Source of the DNA: Octopus bimaculoides
Lineage: Eukaryota
NCBI RefSeq assembly: GCF_001194135.2
Contig: NC_068993.1
Location: 58,717,411 to 58,760,137, forward strand
Direction: 5' to 3'
Length of the DNA: 42,727 bases
Shown: positions 26,183-39,102 of the stretch, one piece after another
How positions within the stretch are numbered: position 1 is the first letter of the stretch
Layout of the letters: each line of letters starts with the position of its first letter
Program-made: the position numbers and the translations under genes
The notes under the pieces: model-generated
What the model was told of the DNA's origin: nothing
What the model saw: only the letters and a program-made list of their open reading frames with translations
The model's database searches: none

Positions 26183-26306
26183 GCTGTAATGTACCATAGA
26201 ACATATCTCTGCGCTTTTTTAGTCTCAACAATCGTCGTAGCACACACAGTGTTACCTAAAAGAGAGAAAAAAGAAGCAGAGATATGTTTCTATGGCACAT
26301 TACAGC
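26183..26306. other. Isolated inverted repeat / hairpin (30-bp and 31-bp arms)
   Basis: 26183-26212 pairs with 26276-26306, with one mismatch and one bulge. Confidence 0.85.
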
Positions 26307-26394
26307 AATGTCTTCTTTTATATCCTTTTGACGCCATGTTGCAACACACACACACACACACACATCGAATCTGTCACCATTTCCTCTCTCACCC

Positions 26395-26408
26395 TCTCTT
26401 TCTCTCCT

Positions 26409-26440
<32 letters not shown>

Positions 26441-26910
26441 TCTTAGCCTCCTTTGTCTCGCCCGCAAGCACTCACTCTGTGTTGTCTGTCTATCTGTCTT
26501 TCTCTCTTCCCCATTTTTCTCTCTCTCTCCTTCTCTTTCTTTCTCTCTCCCCCTCCTCTCTCTTCCCCTTCTCTTTCTTTCTCTCTTTTCCTTCTTTTTC
26601 TCTCTCTCTCCTCTTTTTCTCTGTTCTCCCCTTCTCTTTCTTTCTCTCTCCCCCTCCTCTCTCTTCCCCTTCTCTTTCTTTCTCTCTTCTCCTTCTTTTT
26701 CTTTCTCTCTCCTTCTCTTTTTCTCTCTCTCCCCTTCTCTTTCTTTCTCTCTCCCCCTTCTCTTTCTTTCTCTCTTCTCCTTCTTTTTCTCTCTCTCTCC
26801 TTCTCTTTTTCTCTCTCTCCCCTTCTCTCTCTCTCCCAGGTCTGTTCTTGCCTCTTTTTCTTTTTCTCTCTCTCCCTCTCTTTCTCCCTCCATCTCTCTC
26901 TTCCTCCCTC
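26395..26910. repeat. Polypyrimidine/polypurine tract with recurring higher-order CT-rich units
   Basis: Recurring CCCCTCCTCTCTCTTCCCCTTCTCTTTCTTTCTCTC blocks. Confidence 0.85.
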
Positions 26911-27699
26911 TCTACCTCCCTTATATAGTTTAACCCTACCTAGCCCCCACCTCTCCCACACACATTCTCCTTCTACTTCCACTTCCCACTCTCATACGCA
27001 CGACACATCGCACGACCTGCAAGAAACAGCAGCTACATCTTTCTCTCGACACAGTTCACGGTCATAGCAAAAGACACCTTCGATGATATCGTCCTGGGTC
27101 CTTTACACAAAGACAAAAGCCAAGAATGTCACGGGTGGAATACCTTTAATCATACATCTAACCAATCATGGCTGGCCGGGGGTTCAACAGCAGCAACAGT
27201 TTGTTCCTGTCCCCGTGTTACCCTTCCCCTTTCTCTCCCTATTTGTCTCTGAGTCTTTCCTTCTGTTCATCNNNNNNNNNNNNNNNNNNNNNNNNNNNNN
27301 NNNNNNNNNNNNNNNNNNNNNNNNNNNNNNNNNNNNNNNNNNNNNNNNNNNNNNNNNNNNNNNNNNNNNNNNNNNNNNNNNNNNNNNNNNNNNNNNNNNN
27401 NNNNNNNNNNNNNNNNNNNNNNNNNNNNNNNNNNNNNNNNNNNNNNNNNNNNNNNNNNNNNNNNNNNNNNNNNNNNNNNNNNNNNNNNNNNNNNNNNNNN
27501 NNNNNNNNNNNNNNNNNNNNNNNNNNNNNNNNNNNNNNNNNNNNNNNNNNNNNNNNNNNNNNNNNNNNNNNNNNNNNNNNNNNNNNNNNNNNNNNNNNNN
27601 NNNTTCACAGGATGTCTCTCGTCAAAATGTCACGCAAGACAACCCACATCATTGTATTTTAGTTCAGGACAATTCACAGGACAGCATATCGTGTCGTGA

Positions 27700-27736
27700 T
27701 GTTCCTCCTCCTCCTCCTCCTCCTTTTCTTACTACC

Positions 27737-27834
<98 letters not shown>

Positions 27835-28092
27835 CACCACCACCACCACTACTACACTCATTACCACCACCGCCATCACAAACACTTCTATCACTACCAG
27901 CATTACTACTACTACCACGACCGCCACCACCTCTACTACTACCACCATCACCACCTCCACCACTACTACGACTACTAATACTACTACTACTATTACTACC
28001 AACACCTCCAATATTACCACCACTAACATCCCCACCACCACCATCACCACCACCATCACCACCACCACCACAATCTCCACCACCACCACCAC
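27700..28092. repeat. Compound trinucleotide tract (CCT/ACT/AAT/ACC)
   Basis: Direct reading. Confidence 0.9.
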
Positions 28093-28807
28093 NNNNNNNN
28101 NNNNNNNNNNNNNNNNNNNNNNNNNNNNNNNNNNNNNNNNNNNNNNNNNNNNNNNNNNNNNNNNNNNNNNNNNNNNNNNNNNNNNNNNNNNNNNNNNNNN
28201 NNNNNNNNNNNNNNNNNNNNNNNNNNNNNNNNNNNNNNNNNNNNNNNNNNNNNNNNNNNNNNNNNNNNNNNNNNNNNNNNNNNNNNNNNNNNNNNNNNNN
28301 NNNNNNNNNNNNNNNNNNNNNNNNNNNNNNNNNNNNNNNNNNNNNNNNNNNNNNNNNNNNNNNNNNNNNNNNNNNNNNNNNNNNNNNNNNNNNNNNNNNN
28401 NNNNNNNNNNNNNNNNNNNNNNNNNNNNNNNNNNNNNNNNNNNNNNNNNNNNNNNNNNNNNNNNNNNNNNNNNNNNNNNNNNNNNNNNNNNNNNNNNNNN
28501 NNNNNNNNNNNNNNNNNNNNNNNNNNNNNNNNNNNNNNNNNNNNNNNNNNNNNNNNNNNNNNNNNNNNNNNNNNNNNNNNNNNNNNNNNNNNNNNNNNNN
28601 NNNNNNNNNNNNNNNNNNNNNNNNNNNNNNNNNNNNNNNNNNNNNNNNNNNNNNNNNNNNNNNNNNNNNNNNNNNNNNNNNNNNNNNNNNNNNNNNNNNN
28701 NNNNNNNNNNNNNNNNNNNNNNNNNNNNNNNNNNNNNNNNNNNNNNNNNNNNNNNNNNNNNNNNNNNNNNNNNNNNNNNNNNNNNNNNNNNNNNNNNNNN
28801 NNNNNNN

Positions 28808-28849
<42 letters not shown>

Positions 28850-29404
28850 GCATTAACACATATCCACATACACAGATATATACACACATGTATACACGCA
28901 TAAACAGACACACATACATACACACACATGCATACACACATACATACATACATGCCAGAAAAATTAAACATGATACTAAGCAATTCATTAAACAGAATAT
29001 AACATGCGTTAACAAGATGGCTGACGGGAAAATACTGCAATGGCGGCGAAGGTGGTGACATTCAGCATAATAAATGCAAATTTGTAAGATCTCACACATT
29101 CGATACCTCGGTCAACTGAGTTTAACCAAGCAATTAGTTGTCGATTGCTTCATCAAGGAAGGGAGATAACTCAGATATGGACAGATCGGAATTGTAAGCA
29201 TGATACGTAATCTTCCGTCAACGTGTTTTAGAAAATACGTTATTCTTAAGAAACCTGAATTCAAATAAAACTATAAATACATAATAGTTTATAAATTGTC
29301 GGGTAAAAAATATCGCTTTAACAGGGATAAAAACTGAACAGTTGAATTCCTCTCGAGATTGAATCGCATATCTGCTGTTTGTCAGATGGCTAAGTAACCA
29401 CAAC

Positions 29405-29950
29405 TATGGGAGATCTTTGAAACTTACAGTAATCGTTCTCCCTTTAGTGGTTTTATCAGTACAAGCGAGAAATTATATTTGTTTTGCATTGTTCAAGACA
29501 TTTACAAATTTAAAATATGAGAATTAAGCTGCATGTCAGCTGTAAAGAGGACTTTCAACCGTCAAATTCGAAGCTGTTAACTGTATAAGCGAGAAGTTGT
29601 ATTTGTTTTGCTTTGTCCGAAACCTCAAGAATTAAATTATGCTGTAAGAAGAGATAAACGTGGTAACCACTAAACTTAGGAGAATCTTTACACTTTCAAC
29701 CGTCAAATTAGTGGTGTTTTTCACTGTACAAGAAAGAAATTATATTTGTTTTCATTTGTCAGAAACACTGAGAAATTTAAAATACAAGAATTAACTGCAT
29801 GTCCGCTGTGTGAATGGATGGATGTGGTAGCTATTCCGCCAAGGAGAATCTTTACAGTTTCAGCCATTAAATTAGAGGCTTTTAACTGTACGAGCGAGAA
29901 ATTACATTTGGTTCGGTTTGTTCGCAACATTGAAGACTTTGAAAATAAAT
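29405..29950. repeat. Degenerate tandem repeat, about 4 units of 125-165 bp
   Basis: Anchor GCGAGAAATTATATTTGTTT near 29465, 29589, 29730 and 29893; GGAGA(A)TCTTT near 29409, 29678 and 29842. Confidence 0.75.
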
Positions 29951-29977
29951 CCCAAATGGAAATGGATAAATAAATAG

Positions 29978-30125
29978 TTCTTTCTACCATTGGCACAAGA
30001 CCGGAAATTTTTTCGTTGACTGCTAGTCGATTACGTTAACTCTAGAATTAAGCTGGTACTTATTTTATCGACCCCGGAAAGATGAAAGGCAAAGTTGACC
30101 TCGCCAGAATTTGAACTTAGAATGT
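29978..30125 (-). mobile_element. SINE family A, 3' two-thirds
   Basis: CTGGTACTTATTTTATCGACCCCGGAAAGATGAAAGGCAAAGTTGACCTCG. Confidence 0.8.
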
Positions 30126-30718
30126 TTCCGATGTCCTAACAGTTGTAAACACGCTATTAAATTTAGCTAGTCACTGAAGAACTTTCAGACGAACACTGTA
30201 ATTTTCTAATTGCTATAAAAACATGATAATTGTATAGTTATAAACTTCATGACTCCAACTGGTGCAATGTACCATCCATTTTCGCCATTTAACCGTACAC
30301 GTTCAACAATCCTCTACCTGTCAACCAGCGTAGTAACCTTTGAACAAGACTGTTACTCGACTATGCAACCACAAGTAACTTTTATCCAGGAACATCATTC
30401 CTCTGGGAGCAATCTTTAACCAGAAATGTCATTAATCCTGTAGTAATGTTCAATCAGGAGAAACACTTAGCCAAGCATTTTATTCAACCAGGAGTAATCT
30501 ATTGACGAGCGTGTAGTCATTTTCAACCTCTTTGCCTCTCTTTCTCTGATCCTCCTCTTCCTCCTCTTTCTACCTCTCCCTTCCTTTCTTCAGTCCTCCC
30601 TTCCTCCCTTCATTCCTTCCTTCTTTCCTTCCTTCCTTCTATCATTCATTCACTCTCTCTACCATTCACTCTTTCTCTAGTTACAATCTCTCACTCTTTC
30701 TTCCCCCTTTCTTTTTCA

Positions 30719-30980
<262 letters not shown>

Positions 30981-31231
30981 TCTCAAACTCCCTTACATAT
31001 ACATGAACGCACACACACATATTAGTTCTCATTTCATCTCTCTCTTTCTCTAGCTCTCATTCATTTTCTCTCTCATTCACTTTCTCCTTTTCCCTCTCTC
31101 TCTCACCCTCATTTTGCTTTTTCGAAATCTCTCTTCATTTTGCCTCCATCACACTATCTTCCTCTACGTCTCTCCCTCTATATTCATACATATCTATCTG
31201 TCTCACTATATCCGTTTTTTTATCAATCGAT

Positions 31232-31240
31232 CTAGATAGG

Positions 31241-31312
<72 letters not shown>

Positions 31313-31317
31313 CACAG

Positions 31318-31380
<63 letters not shown>

Positions 31381-31393
31381 CAGACAGACACAG

Positions 31394-31465
<72 letters not shown>
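31232..31465. repeat. Long (GATA)n array with two GACACAGA interruptions
   Basis: Direct reading. Confidence 0.95.
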
Positions 31466-31466
<1 letters not shown>

Positions 31467-32621
31467 TTCTTCATATCTTAAATCTATGCAATGGAATTAG
31501 ATTCCTACCTTGTATTATCCAGCCTCCAGCCTTAGTTTAAAGACTGAAGACTTTCTTGTGAGAATTCACTAAATACTCTGGAGCTGGGTGTATATAATCT
31601 ACATACTAATTACTGTATGAATATTCAAAGATTACATCTACCTTCTTATATACACACATACACAAACTTAATATTGAACGTATACACTCTCTAACGTATA
31701 CTCATCCACAGACAGTGATAGTCGTATACTTACGCGCGCACATACACACAGACAAACAGACAGACATACACATATAAAAATAGATTTATTCCAACATGCT
31801 TATACATACACATACACAAACGCGTATACAGGCACATATATATACGTGAGTATATACGTATGTGTATACAGGTGTATATANNNNNNNNNNNNNNNNNNNN
31901 NNNNNNNNNNNNNNNNNNNNNNNNNNNNNNNNNNNNNNNNNNNNNNNNNNNNNNNNNNNNNNNNNNNNNNNNNNNNNNNNNNNNNNNNNNNNNNNNNNNN
32001 NNNNNNNNNNNNNNNNNNNNNNNNNNNNNNNNNNNNNNNNNNNNNNNNNNNNNNNNNNNNNNNNNNNNNNNNNNNNNNNNNNNNNNNNNNNNNNNNNNNN
32101 NNNNNNNNNNNNNNNNNNNNNNNNNNNNNNNNNNNNNNNNNNNNNNNNNNNNNNNNNNNNNNNNNNNNNNNNNNNNNNNNNNNNNNNNNNNNNNNNNNNN
32201 NNNNNNNNNNNNNNNNNNNNNNNNNNNNNNNNNNNNNNNNNNNNNNNNNNNNNNNNNNNNNNNNNNNNNNNNNNNNNNNNNNNNNNNNNNNNNNNNNNNN
32301 NNNNNNNNNNNNNNNNNNNNNNNNNNNNNNNNNNNNNNNNNNNNNNNNNNNNNNNNNNNNNNNNNNNNNNNNNNNNNNNNNNNNNNNNNNNNNNNNNNNN
32401 NNNNNNNNNNNNNNNNNNNNNNNNNNNNNNNNNNNNNNNNNNNNNNNNNNNNNNNNNNNNNNNNNNNNNNNNNNNNNNNNNNNNNNNNNNNNNNNNNNNN
32501 NNNNNNNNNNNNNNNNNNNNNNNNNNNNNNNNNNNNNNNNNNNNNNNNNNNNNNNNNNNNNNNNNNNNNNNNNNNNNNNNNNNNNNNNNNNNNNNNNNNN
32601 NNNNNNNNNNNNNNNNNNNNN

Positions 32622-32687
<66 letters not shown>

Positions 32688-33337
32688 GCGTGTGTGCTTT
32701 ATGAATCCGACGGCATTCATCATATTCTATTTATCGGAGTTTAAAGCTGATCGTTCCGCTGAGAGGTAAACGGACAATTCTTTGTTGACTAGACAACACT
32801 GAAGTAATATTTTAAATTATCTATGCATATATTCAGCTATGTAATTATCTATGTATATATTCAACTATGTAATTATCTGTGCAACTGTGTATATAATTAT
32901 ATATACCCATCTATACATAGATACATAATCTATATATATGTATGCATTTTGTAGGTTATACTGAGTGGGTGGATAAGTGTTCGTGTGTGCGTGTTGTTTT
33001 ATAATAACCTTCGGTCATATCTATGTAACCGTTGTTGAAATTTGCGTTGTTGTTGTTGTTGTCGGTTAACCATACAGGTTAGCCCTGGTTGTAATTGTAG
33101 CTTCAAACCAAGTGGTTCTGATATAATGGACCTTTGATCAAAAGCTTTACAGCTCTGACCATCCCATCTTCTTCTTTTTTCTTTTCCTTTCCTTTTTCTA
33201 TTTTGGCTGCCAACATGTACTTTGGACTACAGCTTCTAATGTATTATTCTTTAAAGACGATTGGAAGAGACTTTGTTGCTATTTTTAGGTGGTCGAAAGG
33301 CTAGTTACGTAATTGTGAATTAAGCTTCTTAAGATGT

Positions 33338-33412
33338 GAAGGCGTATGGTTCAGTGATTAGAGCGTCGGGTTTGCAACCACGAAGTTGTGAGTTCGATAC
33401 CTGGGCCGATAA
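33338..33412 (+). mobile_element. SINE family C head (tRNA-like)
   Basis: GAAGGCGTATGGTTCAGTGATTAGAGCGTC..GAGTTCGATACC (A and B boxes); no intact cloverleaf. Confidence 0.65.
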
Positions 33413-33891
33413 CGAAGAAGGATGGAGCGATCAGCATTTCTGTGTAAGCCTTGTACGCGCATGCAATGACGTATGCATAAGCAATGATGCATATACAATG
33501 ACGTATGCATATGCAATGACGTATATACGTTCAATCCGAGAAATTATAATGGACAAACTGTGGAATATTCTGGTAACAAATACGAAAGATAATCTAAAAT
33601 AGAAGTACAAATGCTGTAAATTCGGCTCGAGTTCTCATTGTACGGAACTTTAATCAAGACATTGGCATCTGCTGAACAATTGACAGCTAAACCACGCATG
33701 ACTTTTAATCCTTGTCCCATAAAAAGGCATCGGATTTGTCTGTTATGTTTGTGCTAAGATCACTGTTTTTATTGGAACGTTCCACCAGTATTCTTTATTT
33801 TTAAAGACGTGAATACTTTCTGGGTTATTTGACTCATGACAGTTCTTCCTATTGATGGTATTGTATATTCTATAGCCATATCTGTCTATCG

Positions 33892-33961
<70 letters not shown>

Positions 33962-34455
33962 GCGTGTGTGTATGTGTGTGTGTGTGCGTGTGTGTGTGTG
34001 TGTGCATGTGTGTGTGTGTGTGTGTGTGTAGGGGGTAGTGTGCGTCTGTGTGTACCCACTATTTGATTAGACTTCATTGTTACAATATATATATATATGT
34101 ATGTATGTATGTATGGATGGATGGATGGATATATTTATGTATGTATGTATGTGTGTGGGTGTGTGTATGCATGCATGCATATATATTATTGATTTATGTT
34201 TGCATATGTTCGCGCGCGCGTGCGTGTGTGTGTGTGTGTGTAATTTATATCGTTGAATGCAGAGGACATGAAAAAACCTCCTTGCATGCGGTTCTTCTTC
34301 TTGATGAGCCAAAATTGGGAATCACCGACCGAAATACTTAAACACTAGCCTAAGGTTTTCCCATGCCTGTTTCTATTCCAGGTAGATAACACTAAGGGAA
34401 TAGACAGACCATTCATATAGATTTTCTCTAGTGTTAGTTGGTATACTGGCAATAT

Positions 34456-35137
34456 GAGTGATCAGCTGAAATACTTGAGGGCTTTTTTAAGGACTTCCAG
34501 AGCCTTTCATTGCTATTTTATTTTATTCATTTTCAGTCAGTCATTTCTGGCATTAAAATTGGTTTACGGGCATTCCGATCGTTTTTATACGTCAAGTTAT
34601 TTCATAGCAATTTTCTGTTCCGGGATTGCAAAAGCATATAGCTTCTCATCGCGATTCACTTATGAACACAACTACATCCTCGCTAACTCCATTCCAATAT
34701 ACCATAAAAAATACTGCGACTATTTCTAACTGTCACTTGGGGTCGTGAATATCCCTGAATACATCAAAAATACAACTATAAACGTGAGTGATCAACTGAA
34801 ATACTTGAGGGCTCTTTTAAGGACTTCCAGAGCTTTTCATTGCTTTTGCTTGGCTCCCAAAGGATCCTTTTTCTATTTCATTTTATTTTATTTTATTTTA
34901 TTTTATTTTATTTCAATGACTCATTTCTGGCATTAAAGTATAGTTTACGGGCACTCTGGTCATTTTTATGCGTGGAGTTATTTCATTGCAATTTCCTGTT
35001 CTGGGAATGTAAAAGCATAAAGCTTCTCACCACGGTTTACTTATAAATACAACTACACCCTCACTAACTCCATTCCTATATACCATAAAAATACTCTAAC
35101 TGTCACTTTGTGTCGTGAATATCTCTGAATACAACAT
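34456..35137. repeat. Tandem duplication, period 330 bp, two copies; the second has an (ATTTT)n expansion
   Basis: GAGTGATCA(G/A)CTGAAATACTTGAGGGC at 34456 and 34786; shared ends AACTGTCACTT..GTCGTGAATATC.CTGAATAC. Confidence 0.9.
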
Positions 35138-35204
35138 AAGGTCGTCGATAAAAAATGTATAAGTGACATTAGTTTTTCTCTCTCCTAAGATGTAACCTTG
35201 GCAT

Positions 35205-35365
35205 TTCCTAAACAAGGCTGACAGGTTGTTCGCAAGCCAGGACGAACAGAAATATAGATAAGCTGTCACCCTGGAATATTTCTGTCGATAATCTGGTTCT
35301 GTTTGTGACTTTTGTGACTATTCTAGTTGCTTTGTTTCTTAGTGAATGGATCATGTTGTAAAGAG
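35205..35365 (-). mobile_element. Short RT fragment of an R4/Dong-like (RLE) element, copy 9
   Basis: ..TEIFQGDSLSIFLFVLACE, matching the RT motif GIFQGDSLSPLLFVLA. Confidence 0.7.
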
Positions 35366-35785
35366 AAAGTTCGCGGTTTCGAGTTTCAGAGTGGAAAACT
35401 TGGCAAGGCGCAACAGGCATTCATATATACGTCTGATGAGCTGAGAGAAACGCTTTTTATAGTCTAACCATACTGTCAGGACTTTCGGCGATACCTCTGG
35501 GCTTCTTTAGGGACTGCTTTACATGCATGTATGTATGTATGTATGTCATTATTCTGTTTTATTTCAAGATTTCTTGCCAACAGAGAAAGAGCCGGTTTCT
35601 AACCTAGATCCATGGCTCCTTCATTGGAATTTCAACAACATCAACAGGGTATTTTTGTGTGTATGTATGTATGTATGTATGTATGTATTCAGGGTAGGCA
35701 TTCATAAAATAATTTTCAACGAAAGGCCTTATCACTGAGACAATATGTATAGGTTTGGCGATGTAAACAGGTAAAATAGAAATAA

Positions 35786-35898
35786 AATCAATAAAAATAA
35801 GTACCAGTTGAATACTGGGGTCGATGTAGTCGACTCATCCCCTCCCCAAACTTAATGTTCTTGTGGCAAAATTTGAAACCATTATAATAATAATAATA

Positions 35899-35936
<38 letters not shown>

Positions 35937-36046
35937 GGTGGCGAGATGTCACAATCGTTAGCACGTTGGACGAAATGCTTAGCGGTATTTCGCCCGTCTC
36001 TCCGTTTGAGTTCAAATTTCGCCGAGGTGGACTTTGCCTTTCATCC
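35786..36046 (+). mobile_element. SINE family A 3' half (35786-35882), (AAT)n(ATT)n, then SINE family A 5' half (35935-36046)
   Basis: Both halves match family A; their order is permuted relative to a single element. Confidence 0.8.
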
Positions 36047-36299
36047 ATTTACTTACACTCATACACACAAACACGCAAACACCCACGCGCGCGCACACAC
36101 AGAATATATAGCTCCATACATGCATACATCAATACATGTACATTTGCATACATACATAAATACATCACACATAGATACTTACATACATATATACGTACAT
36201 ACATACATGCATACTTACATATCTACATACATACATTCATACATATATACGTATGTTCGTACATACATACACATTTATTCCTGCTCTTCTGTTCATTGT

Positions 36300-37030
36300 G
36301 GCCTTGGATTAATCGCAACATCAAACGACAGAAGAAACAGGTTTCCAAATCGCTCTTTCAAAAAAAAGAAGAAAAAAGCAGACGACATTCTACAACTATT
36401 ATTACTGATACAGAATATGCAGACGATCTAGCTCTTACTTCTAATATTATCAAGGAAGTTTGACTATTTCTGGAAGCTGAATAAGCCATAAAACAAGAGC
36501 AGACTACACAGCATTGACGATAAGACTGAGTTTATGGTTTTCAATCAACCAAGAGGACACATTATATCATCAAACGGTACAAACTTGAAGCGTGTAAAGG
36601 ACTTCAAATATCTGGGATCATGGATTGAAAGCATAAAGAGAGCCAGTAAAGTAAGAGCTGCATTGGCATGGTCAGCAGTAAGCAAGATATCTGTAATACT
36701 GGAGTGAGAATTATCTAATGACATCAAAATAGTGTTTGTTAGAAAGGGTATAGATATATGGAACTTCATGCTGGATATTAATGAAAGAAATTGAAGGCAG
36801 GACTAAAAGGAAGAATGTCTTAAAATGTTAAGGAAAGTAAAGAACGTTTTTTGGAAGCAACATTTGCCGAAAAGTGTATTCTATGGGAATATATACTATT
36901 ATTAACGGAAACCATCAAATGATGTGGGGTTAAGTTTGTGGGACGCAGTCGGTGAAGAAAAGATTAAGGTATTAAGGTACATAAGAAGTATTACGATGGG
37001 AGTCAGTACTTGGGGGGCCGGCTTGTCGAA
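36300..37030 (+). mobile_element. Decayed RTE-like LINE reverse transcriptase fragment
   Basis: TDTEYADDLAL (YADD 36416-36427), KTEFMVFNQ, LKRVKDFKYLGSWI (about 36590-36626), ALAWSAVSKISVI; stops and frameshifts. Confidence 0.8.
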
Positions 37031-38721
37031 TATATGCGCAAGAAATGGTGGTTGGGGTAGATACCTAGAGAAGAACTAAGTTGCAGAGATGTCTAAAGAC
37101 AGAGGTGCATGGGAATGTGTACAAATACAGAATATGTGTGTGGGGGGGGGGGCATTCGTAGCATGAATGAATGCATGATCGTATGTGTGTGCAGATTTCT
37201 GTATGAATGGATGGATGTATTGGACGCGCGTATGTATGTATATATATGAACGTACATATGAATGTTTGTATGAATGTATGCATGTACGTAATGTATATGT
37301 ATATCTATATATATATGTATATCTCTCTTTATATATATATATATATATATATAAATAAAAACAAATAGTGAATGGGTATATGCATATATACGTACAGGTA
37401 TGTGCATACCGACATCCACCTGTATGTATAGGTGCATATCTGGGTACAGGACATTGCAAACAAAACGTAGACAAGAAAACACACAAGCCACATAGAGAAC
37501 ATTTTCCTTCAGAAGCTACCCCCGTTTTAACACCGGCGTTTCGAATATATATATATATATATAGATAGATAGATAGATAGATAGATAGAAAGATAGATAG
37601 ACAGATATGTATGTAGGCATGTATGCATGCATGCATTTATGTATATATTTATGCATATATGTATGTATGTATGTATGTATGTACGTATGTATGTATGTAT
37701 GTATGTATGTATGAAGGCTCGTATGTATGCATGTATGTATGTATGTATGCCTGCGTGTATGCAATGACATACACACACGTAAGTCCCCGTGTATGTCTTT
37801 CACAAGGGGTTCTTTATTCTCGAATGCTTTCCAACAATGGAATAGTCGTTCTCCAACTAAGAAACAAGCTTCTCTCTTTGGAATTTACGCAACATCAATA
37901 ATGCAGAATTACTGATAGGAATAGGATTTTACAGAGAGAATTCTTCAAGTATCTTTACACACACATACACACACACACATGTACCTAGCATATATACATA
38001 TGTACAAATATATATACATAAATGCATATATACACATACATATAAATACATTCATACATACATTCATACATACACATATACATGTGTATATCTCTATCTA
38101 CCTATCTGTCTATATCTATATTTATCTATCTATGTATATATGTGTATGCGTGTGTGTGTACGTATGCATATAGTTATGTGTATGTGCGCCTATACATGCG
38201 TATATGCGTGTATGTGTGTGTATGTGTGCACGTGTGTGCGAGTGTGTTCGTGAGCGTCTGTGTGTGTGTGCGTGTTAGTGAGCGTGTGTGTATGTATGTG
38301 TGTGTATGTGTACGTCTGTATGCACGAATGTATGCGTTACATTTTCCTTTAGGCCTCCACTGACATTCCGGAAAGCTTTGCATATTTTAACACTGCCATT
38401 AACAGATTCGCCATGTAGCTTACCTAATGCTGATGTCCACCCCATTTTTTTCTTTCTCTGCTCCCTCCCACCCTTTCATCATTGTTACATGGTGATTCGG
38501 TTCTCGGAATTTTCTGTCTTTGGGTAAAGAATTTCATTTCGAGTAGCTTCAGTATACTTAACTGGAAGCGAGAACCAGTTAGTGGCGTGGTTTGTGTAGG
38601 TACTTCCTGGGGCAAGCCTTGAGTTTGTCGCCCTCCTCAAACCCCACCAGACGTCAAGAAGCCTATACAGAAGTGCACAAGCGGCTACACACAGAGGGGA
38701 CAAACAAGGTCAGACAAACGG

Positions 38722-39100
38722 ATTAAATCGATTATATCGACCCCAGTGCGTAACTGGTACTGATTTAATCGACCCCGAAAGGATGAAAGAAAAAGTCGAC
38801 CTCGGCGGAATTTGAACTCAGAACATAGCGGCAGACGAAATACCGCTAAGCATTTCGCCCGGCCTGCTCACGTTTCTGCCCGTTCGCTGCCTTCGAAGGA
38901 AGCATTATTATTCAAAGTACAGCAAAGAAATGGTTTTCAGGTTTCACAGNNNNNNNNNNTGGTACTGATTTAATCGACCCCGAAAGGATGAAAGAAAAAG
39001 TCGACCTCGGCGGAATTTGAACTCAGAACATAGCGGCAGACGAAATACCGCTAAGCATTTCGCCCGGCCTGCTCACGTTTCTGCCCGTTCGCTGCCTTCG
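38722..39100 (-). mobile_element. SINE family A copy (38722-38892), repeated after a 10-N gap (38960-39100)
   Basis: 38755-38949 is duplicated at 38960-39153 with two differences; probably an assembly overlap. Confidence 0.85.
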
Positions 39101-39102
39101 AA

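Noticed and set aside
28996-29083. Apparent Cys-rich plus-strand exon (AG..GTAAGA)
   Set aside because: On recount the segment is 88 nt and the attractive frame runs into a stop (MADGKILQWRRRW*).
35433-35451. CTGATGAG..GAAAC hammerhead core
   Set aside because: No G-C closing pair for stem II, no usable cleavage triplet, and no stem I partner.
37780-37856. Protein-like minus-strand frame GERLFHCWKAFENKEPLVKDIHGDL after a TTCTTAG acceptor
   Set aside because: Weak donor inside a (TG) run, phase incompatible with the other candidate exons, and no recognisable homology.
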